A DNA stretch of 64,000 bases, from contig OZ250153.1 in NCBI GenBank assembly GCA_965237805.1, forward strand, positions 1,216,001-1,280,000. The letters are read 5' to 3'. The notes under the pieces were generated by a model that was given only the letters and a program-made list of their open reading frames with translations, searched no databases and was not told the origin of the DNA. Positions 29,294-39,118 of this stretch are shown in pieces (within the stretch, counting starts at the first letter, position 1; each line of letters starts with the position of its first letter). The position numbers and the translations under genes were made by a program. Origin of the DNA: Gammaproteobacteria bacterium. GTDB lineage: Bacteria; Pseudomonadota; Gammaproteobacteria; JABABF01.

Positions 29294-29968
29294 TCAAGCG
29301 CCTGCCAGCGCACCCCGTAGCGCGGTGATGGCTGCCGCCCGGTCGCTCTGGCCGAAGACGGATGTGCCGGCGATGAAGGTGTCGGCACCGGCAGCGCCGA
29401 CGTGCGCAATATTTGAGCTATCGATGCCGCCGTCAACAGCCAGGCGGATCGTACGGCCCGACGCGTCGATGCGTGCGCGCACCTCGGCGATCTTGTCCAG
29501 CACGGCGGGCAGGAAGGCCTGACCACCGAAGCCCGGATTGACAGACATCAGCAACACTTGATCCAGCTGCTCTAGCGTGTAGTCGAGCGCCTGCGCGCCA
29601 GTGGCCGGATTCAGCGCGAGGCCTGGCTTGGCACCGCAGTCGCGGATCAGCCGCAGCGAGCGATCCAAGTGCGTCGTGGCATCGGGGTGGATGGTGATCC
29701 AATCGGCACCGGCTTCGGCGAAGTTGCGGATCAGTTCATCGACTGGCGAGACCATCAGGTGCACATCCAACGGTGCCTTGATGCCAGCCCCGCGCAATGC
29801 CCGGCACACCAACGGCCCGAAAGTCAGGTTCGGCACATAGTGTTGATCCATGACATCGAGGTGCAGCCAATCGGCACCGCTGGCAAGCGCCTCCTGCGCC
29901 TCCGCGCCGAGGGCGGCGCAGTCGGCGGCTAACAGGGAGGGGGCGATGACATGGGGTTGGGTGGACAT
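29294..29968 (-). CDS. rpe: Ribulose-phosphate 3-epimerase
   Basis: IAPSLL, HLDVMD.HYVPNLTFG, LMSVNPGFGGQ, VDGGI motifs. Confidence 0.97.
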   Translation of the reverse strand: MSTQPHVIAPSLLAADCAALGAEAQEALASGADWLHLDVMDQHYVPNLTFGPLVCRALRGAGIKAPLDVHLMVSPVDELIRNFAEAGADWITIHPDATTHLDRSLRLIRDCGAKPGLALNPATGAQALDYTLEQLDQVLLMSVNPGFGGQAFLPAVLDKIAEVRARIDASGRTIRLAVDGGIDSSNIAHVGAAGADTFIAGTSVFGQSDRAAAITALRGALAGA

Positions 29969-30147
29969 GGTGCTTGGGCAGGGCGCTGATGCTTTCATGC
30001 TAGCCGATTATGCGGGGGCGGGCTGTGCGTAGTGCCGCACGGCCATGGTTGGTGGCCTAATCCTTAAGGACCGATATACTCCGATTTGGGCAACATGGAC
30101 AGACTATACTGAACCTCGAGCTTGATGACAGGACAGGGGGGAGGGTT

Positions 30148-31296
30148 ATGGATTACAAGACGGTGACGTTGCCCGGCAGGTGGCCAGACAATGAAATTCA
30201 AGGCCTTATAAGTATTCTAAATGCCGAGCTGGAACCTGGTGTCAGCATAGAGCAGCGACGAGGGGACGATCAAGTGGACATCAATCTACATGAGGTCGAT
30301 TTCCGACAAATGAAAGCATTGTTCCATGAGGTGACGCAATCGAGCATTGAGCAAGCTTTTGCAGATAGATTTATTGCTTATATCGAGTCTATAAAAAGCT
30401 ATGGTATGAAAAGCGGTAAGCGGTTATATGTCAATTATAATTCAGAAAGAAAAGTCCAAGGAAGACAGCAAAAGGTGCAGAAAAGGAATGCACAGTTCTA
30501 TGCCGCAGAATTTCCGGAGACCTTCAATATATTGCCATCAGAATATCAGGATAAATTTATCTGCGGAGACAGCGAGGAAGTATTGAAGAATTTGCCTGAT
30601 AATTGCATTGATATAATCTTTACTTCGCCTCCGTATAATTTTGGGTTGTCATATGATAATGCGGGTGACGATGCTGATCATTGGAGTGCATACTTCAAAA
30701 AATTGTTTGCAATATTTGACCAGTGTATCCGGGTATTGAAGTATGGTGGTCGCTTTGTAATTAACATACAACCATTGTTTTCGGATTATATACCAGCACA
30801 TCATTTTATTTCGAACCATATGACTGGTCGTGGCATGATTTGGAAAGGCGAGATTCTTTGGGAAAAGAATAACTACAACTGTAAATACACAGCATGGGGC
30901 AGTTGGAAAAGTCCAGCCAGTCCTTATATGAAATACACATGGGAGTTTCTGGAGGTGTTTTGCAAGGGAGATCTGAAAAAGGTTGGCAAGAAAGAAAACA
31001 TCGATATATCAGGAGATGAGTTCAAAAAGTGGGTGTATGCAAAATGGTCTATTGCGCCCGCACGGAATATGTCCGAGCATGGCCATCCAGCCATGTTCCC
31101 AGAAGAGCTAGTGCGCAGAGTGCTGCTATTGTTTTCCTATCAAGGGGATATTGTCTTGGACCCATTCATGGGGGTTGGCACTACTAGCTTGGTTGCGGCG
31201 AGGCTAGATCGACATCATATTGGAATTGATGTATCGCAAGAATATTGCAAAAAGGCCGCAGATCGATTGAAGAAGGATCCCCCGCGGCTTCTTTAG
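30148..31296 (+). CDS. Site-specific amino-DNA methyltransferase (beta class, probably N4-cytosine)
   Basis: Motif IV TSPPY precedes HPAMFP and motif I DPFMGVGTT; AT-rich. Confidence 0.9.
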   Translation: MDYKTVTLPGRWPDNEIQGLISILNAELEPGVSIEQRRGDDQVDINLHEVDFRQMKALFHEVTQSSIEQAFADRFIAYIESIKSYGMKSGKRLYVNYNSERKVQGRQQKVQKRNAQFYAAEFPETFNILPSEYQDKFICGDSEEVLKNLPDNCIDIIFTSPPYNFGLSYDNAGDDADHWSAYFKKLFAIFDQCIRVLKYGGRFVINIQPLFSDYIPAHHFISNHMTGRGMIWKGEILWEKNNYNCKYTAWGSWKSPASPYMKYTWEFLEVFCKGDLKKVGKKENIDISGDEFKKWVYAKWSIAPARNMSEHGHPAMFPEELVRRVLLLFSYQGDIVLDPFMGVGTTSLVAARLDRHHIGIDVSQEYCKKAADRLKKDPPRLL

Positions 31297-31309
31297 TGTG
31301 ACGAATATT

Positions 31310-32093
31310 ATGGCCGCAGATTGTTCTTTGACAAAGCGAGCTCTAATAGCAAGATACAATCAAGTCCTTTGAGATATGGATGACGAGGTGCGTGATCTTG
31401 ATTCACGCGAGCGGCGTCCCCAAGAAAGGAGTTTAGGGGGCAGTTTGCGCCACAACAAAAGTGCACTGGTTGAATCTTTGGCAAACGATTTGATGCGGAT
31501 GGCTTGGCATGATTTGGGCGGGGATCCTCGCCGCTTGTCTATTAACAAAAGAAAATTAAATGCACCTATAGAACCAAGCTATATTTCCAAACTTCCAGAT
31601 ACAATTCAGAGACATATTTTGTCAAATCCGGACGAGTATTTTTTCGCTGTAGTGTTGACTGTGGCATGTTCTTGTTGATGAAAGATTGGTGTTGGTGGTC
31701 GAATGCAAAGCATATGCGGAAAATGCCATGATGAAGCGGATTCTTGTAGATTTTTGTCTTTTGCGTCGACTCCATCCTAATATGGCCTGCGTGCTCCTAC
31801 AACTAGAGAGTCAGTTGGGAGGTGATTATGGTGAAATTTCGTTGCCTATTATCTATGGCAGTTCCTCGACCAATACTCTCATGTCATATTTTCCTGCTGT
31901 CGCTTTGGATATTGTGACATTGCTCGCTGGTGATCGCAAAGTGGAGGCGACAATACATCAATCTAAGTACTTTAAACCTTTGACTGAGGCCGCATTAGCC
32001 CAAGCTTTGGACATCTTTAAATGGCACCCGTGCGCAATAGCCACATACCCACGATTTGCAGTGCGCCCATGGTGTTGCCGTCGGTCAAACTGA
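31310..32093 (+). pseudogene. Disrupted type II restriction endonuclease (PD-(D/E)xK)
   Basis: ATG 31310 is interrupted by in-frame TGA 31370-31372. A frameshift near 31640-31665 separates the VD..HV and ECKAY motifs. Lies directly after the MTase. Confidence 0.65.
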
Positions 32094-32102
32094 TAGTCGC
32101 CC

Positions 32103-32267
32103 TCAGCTAAAAAGCTCGCCACTCTTCGCCCGATCCAGCAGCAGCTGGGGCGGTTCGAAGTCCCCCGCGCCGTAGCGTTCGGCCAGTTCGCGGCAACGCG
32201 CCAGGCTGGCCTCGAGTCCCCGGTAATTGAAAAACTGAAATACCCCGCCAGTGTGCGCTGGAAAGCC
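32103..32267 (-). repeat. Orphan diverged copy of the fadJ 3' end (matches 39119-39280)
   Basis: Encodes GFPAHTGGVFQFFNYRGLEASLARCRELAERYGAGDFEPPQLLLDRAKSGELFS*; 49 of 54 aa identical to the fadJ C-terminus. Confidence 0.95.
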
Positions 32268-32533
32268 GGGGAGGGGTGGCTAGTGATTAGTTTGGCGGCA
32301 ACAGCGACTGGTGGCATGTGGGGTGGGCTTGGCAGGTGGGTGGTGTGCGCCGATGGCTGCTACTGATTGATCGTGTCAGTGCTGGCTCGGGTAAAGAGCC
32401 GCCGATCGGGGTTAGGTGCTATCAGCTGGAGTGACAGCTTACCAGTGCGACTGCGCCACTTGACATGCTAAGCGGTGTGGGTGAACTGGCAGAGCTGGTC
32501 GCCCACCATTTGCGAAGAGCCTACAGCGCTGGC

Positions 32534-35500
32534 TTAGTTGCCGCTGTGTGCCTCAATGCGCAAGATGATAGCCGTCTCTTGGTGGCGTAAGCCCGGGGAG
32601 CCGGCCACCACGACATTTGGGAAAGTGCCGTCCTTGATTAACTGGCGAATGGGGTCGCTAAAGCCCAGTGCGCGGAAGATCATCAAAGCATCCGTTTGGT
32701 TGACCACACCGTTGAGATCCACATCCATCTCCATAAATCCAGAGGCGTGGACTGCCACAGCCACCCCTGAGGAGCAGTTATTGGAGGTGCTGGATTCGCT
32801 GCTTAGTGCATCGACACAAGCTCCCACATAGTAAGCCGTGCCAGCAGTTACCGAAGAGGGCACAGAGCAGGTTTGGGATTCTGCGCTGGTGCCACCAGCA
32901 GATGTGCTCGCCACAGAATCCGTGCACAGCTCGGTATCAGCCGTCGCAATGGTCGTATCCGTCGACCATCGATAGCGCATGGTGGTCGAGCCCGCCGTTG
33001 CTGTTCCCGAATTCCGTGCTGTGGCAGAAATCGTGATCGACTGCCCCGGATCCACTATGGTATCGCTGACAGACACGTCATCATCTACCGTCCAGTCGGG
33101 GGCGTTGACTGTCACAGCCATCCCGGAAGAGCAGTTATTGGAGGTGCTGGATTCGTCGCTTAGTGTATCGACACAAGCTCCCACATAGTAAGTTGTGCCA
33201 GCAGTTACCGAAGAGGGCACAGAGCAGGTTTGGGATTCTAGGCTGGTGCCACCAGCTGGTGCGCTCGACACAGAATCCGTGCACAGCTCGGTATCAGCCG
33301 TCGCAATGGTCGCATCCGTCGACCATAGATAGCGCATGGTGGTCGAGCCTGCCGTTGCCGTGCCCGAATTCCGTGCTGTGGCAGAAATCGTGATCGACTG
33401 CCCTGGATCCACTGTGTTATCAGTGACAGAGACAGTGTCTACCGTCCAGTCGGGGGCGTTGACTGTCACAGCCACTCCGGAAGAGCAGTTATTGGAGGTG
33501 CTGGATTCGCTGCTTAGCGTATCGACACAAGCTCCCACATAGTAAGTTGTGCCAGCAGTTAGCGAAGAGGGCACAGAGCAGGTTTGGGATTCTGCGCTGG
33601 TGCCACCAGCAGATGTGCTCGACACAGAATCTGTGCACAGCTCGGTATCACTCGCCGTAATGCTCGAATTCGTCGACCATAGATAGCGCATGGTGGTCGA
33701 GCCTGCCGTTGCTGTTCCAGAATTCCGTGCTGTGGCAGAAATCGTGATCGACTGCCCCTTATCCACTGTGGTATCGCTGACCGAGACACTGTCTACCGTC
33801 CAGTCGGGGGCGGAGTTGATCGTCACAGCCACCCCGGAAGAGCAGTTATTGGAGGTGCTGGATTCGCTGCTTAGCGTATCGACACAAGCTCCCACATAGT
33901 AAGTTGTGCCAGCAGTTACCGAAGAGGGCACAGAGCAGGTTTGGGATTCTGCGCTGGTGCCACCAGCAGATCTGCTCGGCACATTATCCGTACACAGCTC
34001 TTCATCACTCGTCGTAATGGACGCATTCGTCGACCATAGATAGCGCATGGTGGTCGAGCCTGCCGTTGCTGTTCCCGAATTCCGTGCTGTGGCAGAAATC
34101 GTGATCGACTGCCCTGGATCCACTGTGTTATCAGTGACAGAGACAGTGTCTACCGTCCAGTCGGGGGCGTTGACTGTCACAGCCACTCCGGAAGAGCAGT
34201 TATTGGAGGTGCTGGATTCACCGCTTACCGCATCGACACAAGCTCCCACATAGTAAGTTGTGCCAGCAGTTACCAAAGAGGGCACAGAGCAGGTTTGGGA
34301 TTCTGCGCTGGTGCTGCCAGCAGATCTGCTCGACACATCATCCGTACACAGCTCTTCATCACTCGTCGTAATGGACGCATCCGTCGACCATAGATAGCGC
34401 ATGGTGGTCGAGCCTGCCGTTGCTGTTCCAGAATTCCGTGCTGTGGCAGAAATCGTGATCGACTGCCCCTTATCCACTGTGGTATCGCTGACCGAGACAC
34501 TGTCTACCGTCCAGTCGGGGGCGGAGTTGATCGTCACAGCCACCCCGGAAGAGCAGTTATTGGAGGTGCTGGATTCGCTGCTTAGTGTATCGACACAAGC
34601 TCCCACATAGTAAGTTCTGCCAGCAGTTAGCGAAGAGGGCACAGAGCAGCTTTGGGATTCTGCGCTGGTGCCACCAGCAGATCTGCTCGGCACATTATCC
34701 GTACACAGCTCTTCATCACTCGTCGTAATGGACGCATTCGTCGACCATAGATAGCGCATGGTGGTCGAGCCTGCCGTTGCTGTTCCCGAATTCCGTGCTG
34801 TGGCAGAAATCGTGATCGACTGCCCCGGGTCCACTGTGTTATCGCTGACAGACACGTTATTATCTACTGTCCAGTCGGGGGCGGTAGTGCTCGCGTTGAC
34901 CGTCACGGCCACTCCCGAGGAGCAGTTATTGGAGGTGCTGGATTCGCTGCTTAGTGTATCGACACAAGCTCCCACATAGTAAGTTCTGCCAGCAGTTACC
35001 GAAGAGGGCACAGAGCAGGTTTGGGATTCTGCGCTGGTGCTGCCAGCAGATCTGCTCGACACATCATCCGTACACAGCTCTTCATCACTCGTCGTAATGG
35101 ACGCATCCGTCGACCATAGATAGCGCATGGTGGTCGAGCCTGCCGTTGCTGTTCCAGAATTCCGTGCTGTGGCAGAAATCGTGATCGACTGCCCCGGGTC
35201 CACTGTGTTATCGCTGACAGACACGTTATTATCTACTGTCCAGTCTGGGGCGGTAGTGCTCGCGTTGACTATCGAGTCATACAAATAGTTGATGGGGTCT
35301 ATGTTAGTAGGAGAAACAGTTGCGCCAGCCCCGCCTGATCCCACTACAGCACTCCCTGCCCGCACTTCAACATGTACATGCTCACCTGTGACACCCGCTT
35401 TACCCTGTGTCCCCAACTGGGTGCCCACAGAGACTGCATTGCCTACAGATACCGCTATCGAATTGGCGTGTAAATACAGCACCGTCCGATCATCAGTTGC

Positions 35501-38500
35501 ATTGTAAACTGCCACCTCACTATATGATTGACTCCCGGCTGCGACCACTTGTCCAGCTGTCAGAGAATAAAATGCTCTGTTATTATCGTTTGTGTAGTCA
35601 AAGTCGATCCCTGAATGCCCGCCATAATAGCCCGATGTTTGGGAGCTGGTAGGCGAGCAATCGCTAGGGTCTGGGCAGTGGCCGTAGCCATTGTAGTCAT
35701 GCGCTGTATTACTGGCTACAGCAGCCTTAGCTATGTTATACAAAGTGGCTTTGATCGTTTGTTGCTTGATGGGATCCTCAATCGTCACCGTCAGTATCTC
35801 GCAGTTGTTGTCTGTGGTCGTTTCTCCAGTGGCCGTCCCCACACAGGCACGAACATAACTTGACCCAGCTTGTAGTGAAGAGGGCAGTCGGCAATCCTTG
35901 TGTAATTCTATGGAGCCAGACACCGATAGGCTCGCAAGAGCGTCGGTGCATAGGCCAGTGCTAACAAAAGTAGCACCGTCGGCAAGCGGGGTAAATACTG
36001 TTTCAGAAACGTCTTCGTCAACACCGTAGAAGGCGATCGTTTGGGCATCAGCTTGTGCCGACCCTATATTCTCCACCGTCAGCCTTATGGAGATATCTTG
36101 ACCTGGTGCCAACTCAGAGTCACGGCCATTATTGATGTCCTCTATCTTGAGGTATAAATCAGGAGCGTTACTATTGCCACTCGCATTGACCGTCACGGCC
36201 ACTCCCGAGGAGCAGTTATTGGAGGTGCTGGATTCGCTGCTTAGTGTATCGACACAAGCTCCCACATAGTAAGTTCTGCCAGCAGTTAGCGAAGAGGGCA
36301 CAGAGCAGCTTTGGGATTCTGCGCTGGTGCCACCAGCAGATCTGCTCGGCACATTATCCGTACACAGCTCTTCATCACTCGTCGTAATGGACGCATTCGT
36401 CGACCATAGATAGCGCATGGTGGTCGAGCCTGCCGTTGCTGTTCCCGAATTCCGTGCTGTGGCAGAAATCGTGATCGACTGCCCCGGGTCCACTGTGTTA
36501 TCGCTGACAGACACGTTATTATCTACTGTCCAGTCGGGGGCGGTAGTGCTCGCGTTGACCGTCACGGCCACTCCCGAGGAGCAGTTATTGGAGGTGCTGG
36601 ATTCGCTGCTTAGTGTATCGACACAAGCTCCCACATAGTAAGTTCTGCCAGCAGTTACCGAAGAGGGCACAGAGCAGGTTTGGGATTCTGCGCTGGTGCT
36701 GCCAGCAGATCTGCTCGACACATCATCCGTACACAGCTCTTCATCACTCGTCGTAATGGACGCATCCGTCGACCATAGATAGCGCATGGTGGTCGAGCCT
36801 GCCGTTGCTGTTCCAGAATTCCGTGCTGTGGCAGAAATCGTGATCGACTGCCCCGGGTCCACTGTGTTATCGCTGACAGACACGTTATTATCTACTGTCC
36901 AGTCTGGGGCGGTAGTGCTCGCGTTGACTATCGAGTCATACAAATAGTTGATGGGGTCTATGTTAGTAGGAGAAACAGTTGCGCCAGCCCCGCCTGATCC
37001 CACTACAGCACTCCCTGCCCGCACTTCAACATGTACATGCTCACCTGTGACACCCGCTTTACCCTGTGTCCCCAACTGGGTGCCCACAGAGACTGCATTG
37101 CCTACAGATACCGCTATCGAATTGGCGTGTAAATACAGCACCGTCCGATCATCAGTTGCATTGTAAACTGCCACCTCACTATATGATTGACTCCCGGCTG
37201 CGACCACTTGTCCAGCTGTCAGAGAATAAAATGCTCTGTTATTATCGTTTGTGTAGTCAAAGTCGATCCCTGAATGCCCGCCATAATAGCCCGATGTTTG
37301 GGAGCTGGTAGGCGAGCAATCGCTAGGGTCTGGGCAGTGGCCGTAGCCATTGTAGTCATGCGCTGTATTACTGGCTACAGCAGCCTTAGCTATGTTATAC
37401 AAAGTGGCTTTGATCGTTTGTTGCTTGATGGGATCCTCAATCGTCACCGTCAGTATCTCGCAGTTGTTGTCTGTGGTCGTTTCTCCAGTGGCCGTCCCCA
37501 CACAGGCACGAACATAACTTGACCCAGCTTGTAGTGAAGAGGGCAGTCGGCAATCCTTGTGTAATTCTATGGAGCCAGACACCGATAGGCTCGCAAGAGC
37601 GTCGGTGCATAGGCCAGTGCTAACAAAAGTAGCACCGTCGGCAAGCGGGGTAAATACTGTTTCAGAAACGTCTTCGTCAACACCGTAGAAGGCGATCGTT
37701 TGGGCATCAGCTTGTGCCGACCCTATATTCTCCACCGTCAGCCTTATGGAGATATCTTGACCTGGTGCCAACTCAGAGTCACGGCCATTATTGATGTCCT
37801 CTATCTTGAGGTATAAATCAGGAGCGTTACTATTGCCACTCGCATTGACCGTCACGGCCACTCCCGAGGAGCAGTTATTGGAGGTGCTGGATTCGCTGCT
37901 TAGTGTATCGACACAAGCTCCCACATAGTAAGTTCTGCCAGCAGTTAGCGAAGAGGGCACAGAGCAGCTTTGGGATTCTGCGCTGGTGCCACCAGCAGAT
38001 CTGCTCGGCACATTATCCGTACACAGCTCTTCATCACTCGTCGTAATGGACGCATTCGTCGACCATAGATAGCGCATGGTGGTCGAGCCTGCCGTTGCTG
38101 TTCCCGAATTCCGTGCTGTGGCAGAAATCGTGATCGACTGCCCCGGGTCCACTGTGTTATCGCTGACAGACACGTTATTATCTACTGTCCAGTCGGGGGC
38201 GGTAGTGCTCGCGTTGACCGTCACGGCCACTCCCGAGGAGCAGTTATTGGAGGTGCTGGATTCGCTGCTTAGTGTATCGACACAAGCTCCCACATAGTAA
38301 GTTCTGCCAGCAGTTACCGAAGAGGGCACAGAGCAGGTTTGGGATTCTGCGCTGGTGCTGCCAGCAGATCTGCTCGACACATCATCCGTACACAGCTCTT
38401 CATCACTCGTCGTAATGGACGCATCCGTCGACCATAGATAGCGCATGGTGGTCGAGCCTGCCGTTGCTGTTCCAGAATTCCGTGCTGTGGCAGAAATCGT

Positions 38501-38986
38501 GATCGACTGCCCCGGGTCCACTGTGTTATCGCTGACAGACACGTTATTATCTACTGTCCAGTCTGGGGCGGTTGATGTGATTTTTTCGATATATGCCACA
38601 CCATTGATGAAGTATCCAGCAGACCAGCCTGCTGCATTGCTATCCCATGAAATATAGTACCAGCCATATGTTGCGCCTAAAGAATAATAACTGCCGCCAC
38701 TAGTAGTAATAGAGCCTTTTTCATTCAGACCTACGCTCCCCGTCTTCCCATAAGAAGTCCCAGGCCCACTGCGAATATTGAGGCCGCTTGGGTTTATCAC
38801 CTTCACGCGATCCCCTACAGCAAGACCCAACTGCCCTTGTTGCGCCACAGCATGCGCGGGCATCTGCAATACCATGCCCAGCAATAAACCTACTGCTAAC
38901 TTAGCATAAACATTTATAAGAAGGGGAGGGGGGGACATATTGAGTCTCGTTATTGTTGGAAAATGTAACATGGGCTTTTGTGGCAA
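32534..38986 (-). CDS. Giant exported protein: SH3b + 13 CARDB-like domains + 2 M23 peptidase domains + dockerin/EF-hand-like tail
   Basis: Signal peptide (..QMPAHA); GLNIRSGPG; 11 APDWTV...ESSTSNN repeats plus 2 APDLY variants; HSGID and HVH M23 motifs twice; DVDLNGVVNQTDAL tail. Likely start 38938 or 38971. Confidence 0.85.
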   Translation of the reverse strand: MPQKPMLHFPTITRLNMSPPPLLINVYAKLAVGLLLGMVLQMPAHAVAQQGQLGLAVGDRVKVINPSGLNIRSGPGTSYGKTGSVGLNEKGSITTSGGSYYSLGATYGWYYISWDSNAAGWSAGYFINGVAYIEKITSTAPDWTVDNNVSVSDNTVDPGQSITISATARNSGTATAGSTTMRYLWSTDASITTSDEELCTDDVSSRSAGSTSAESQTCSVPSSVTAGRTYYVGACVDTLSSESSTSNNCSSGVAVTVNASTTAPDWTVDNNVSVSDNTVDPGQSITISATARNSGTATAGSTTMRYLWSTNASITTSDEELCTDNVPSRSAGGTSAESQSCSVPSSLTAGRTYYVGACVDTLSSESSTSNNCSSGVAVTVNASGNSNAPDLYLKIEDINNGRDSELAPGQDISIRLTVENIGSAQADAQTIAFYGVDEDVSETVFTPLADGATFVSTGLCTDALASLSVSGSIELHKDCRLPSSLQAGSSYVRACVGTATGETTTDNNCEILTVTIEDPIKQQTIKATLYNIAKAAVASNTAHDYNGYGHCPDPSDCSPTSSQTSGYYGGHSGIDFDYTNDNNRAFYSLTAGQVVAAGSQSYSEVAVYNATDDRTVLYLHANSIAVSVGNAVSVGTQLGTQGKAGVTGEHVHVEVRAGSAVVGSGGAGATVSPTNIDPINYLYDSIVNASTTAPDWTVDNNVSVSDNTVDPGQSITISATARNSGTATAGSTTMRYLWSTDASITTSDEELCTDDVSSRSAGSTSAESQTCSVPSSVTAGRTYYVGACVDTLSSESSTSNNCSSGVAVTVNASTTAPDWTVDNNVSVSDNTVDPGQSITISATARNSGTATAGSTTMRYLWSTNASITTSDEELCTDNVPSRSAGGTSAESQSCSVPSSLTAGRTYYVGACVDTLSSESSTSNNCSSGVAVTVNASGNSNAPDLYLKIEDINNGRDSELAPGQDISIRLTVENIGSAQADAQTIAFYGVDEDVSETVFTPLADGATFVSTGLCTDALASLSVSGSIELHKDCRLPSSLQAGSSYVRACVGTATGETTTDNNCEILTVTIEDPIKQQTIKATLYNIAKAAVASNTAHDYNGYGHCPDPSDCSPTSSQTSGYYGGHSGIDFDYTNDNNRAFYSLTAGQVVAAGSQSYSEVAVYNATDDRTVLYLHANSIAVSVGNAVSVGTQLGTQGKAGVTGEHVHVEVRAGSAVVGSGGAGATVSPTNIDPINYLYDSIVNASTTAPDWTVDNNVSVSDNTVDPGQSITISATARNSGTATAGSTTMRYLWSTDASITTSDEELCTDDVSSRSAGSTSAESQTCSVPSSVTAGRTYYVGACVDTLSSESSTSNNCSSGVAVTVNASTTAPDWTVDNNVSVSDNTVDPGQSITISATARNSGTATAGSTTMRYLWSTNASITTSDEELCTDNVPSRSAGGTSAESQSCSVPSSLTAGRTYYVGACVDTLSSESSTSNNCSSGVAVTINSAPDWTVDSVSVSDTTVDKGQSITISATARNSGTATAGSTTMRYLWSTDASITTSDEELCTDDVSSRSAGSTSAESQTCSVPSLVTAGTTYYVGACVDAVSGESSTSNNCSSGVAVTVNAPDWTVDTVSVTDNTVDPGQSITISATARNSGTATAGSTTMRYLWSTNASITTSDEELCTDNVPSRSAGGTSAESQTCSVPSSVTAGTTYYVGACVDTLSSESSTSNNCSSGVAVTINSAPDWTVDSVSVSDTTVDKGQSITISATARNSGTATAGSTTMRYLWSTNSSITASDTELCTDSVSSTSAGGTSAESQTCSVPSSLTAGTTYYVGACVDTLSSESSTSNNCSSGVAVTVNAPDWTVDTVSVTDNTVDPGQSITISATARNSGTATAGSTTMRYLWSTDATIATADTELCTDSVSSAPAGGTSLESQTCSVPSSVTAGTTYYVGACVDTLSDESSTSNNCSSGMAVTVNAPDWTVDDDVSVSDTIVDPGQSITISATARNSGTATAGSTTMRYRWSTDTTIATADTELCTDSVASTSAGGTSAESQTCSVPSSVTAGTAYYVGACVDALSSESSTSNNCSSGVAVAVHASGFMEMDVDLNGVVNQTDALMIFRALGFSDPIRQLIKDGTFPNVVVAGSPGLRHQETAIILRIEAHSGN
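34551..38572. repeat. 1659-bp tandem duplication (about 2.4 copies), within a wider array of about 354-369-bp CARDB repeats (32760-38572)
   Basis: Identical shadow ORFs offset by 1659 (35289/36948; 34758/36417/38076); edges checked by eye. Confidence 0.95.
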
Positions 38987-39118
38987 CTGGATGACTGAAG
39001 ATATCCTAGTGGAGGTTTAACGACTGCCAAGATACAGCAGAAATCGTATGGTAGCCACTCAAATTATCGCCGTCAACCCTTGCCTAGGTGCCCCTTAGAC
39101 AGTGCCCCATACCACTCC

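Noticed and set aside
30025-32080. Degenerate direct repeat around the R-M block (gtgcgtagtgccgcac..ccatggt vs gtgcgcaatagccacat..ccatggt)
   Set aside because: Short and needs a large gap; cannot be distinguished from chance by eye.
31958-32317. 119-aa minus-strand ORF between the R-M block and the giant gene
   Set aside because: Off-frame reading across the fadJ-end duplicate; the real signal is in another frame.
32760-38572. Repeat array as CRISPR or DGR template/variable repeats
   Set aside because: Units are long in-frame protein domains with no unique spacers; no cas or reverse transcriptase gene; differences are not adenine-specific.
38923-38934. G7 tract near the start of the giant gene (and the G run before the MTase) as a phase-variation switch
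   Set aside because: Runs of 6-7 are too short to be persuasive in a GC-rich genome, and the frame is intact.
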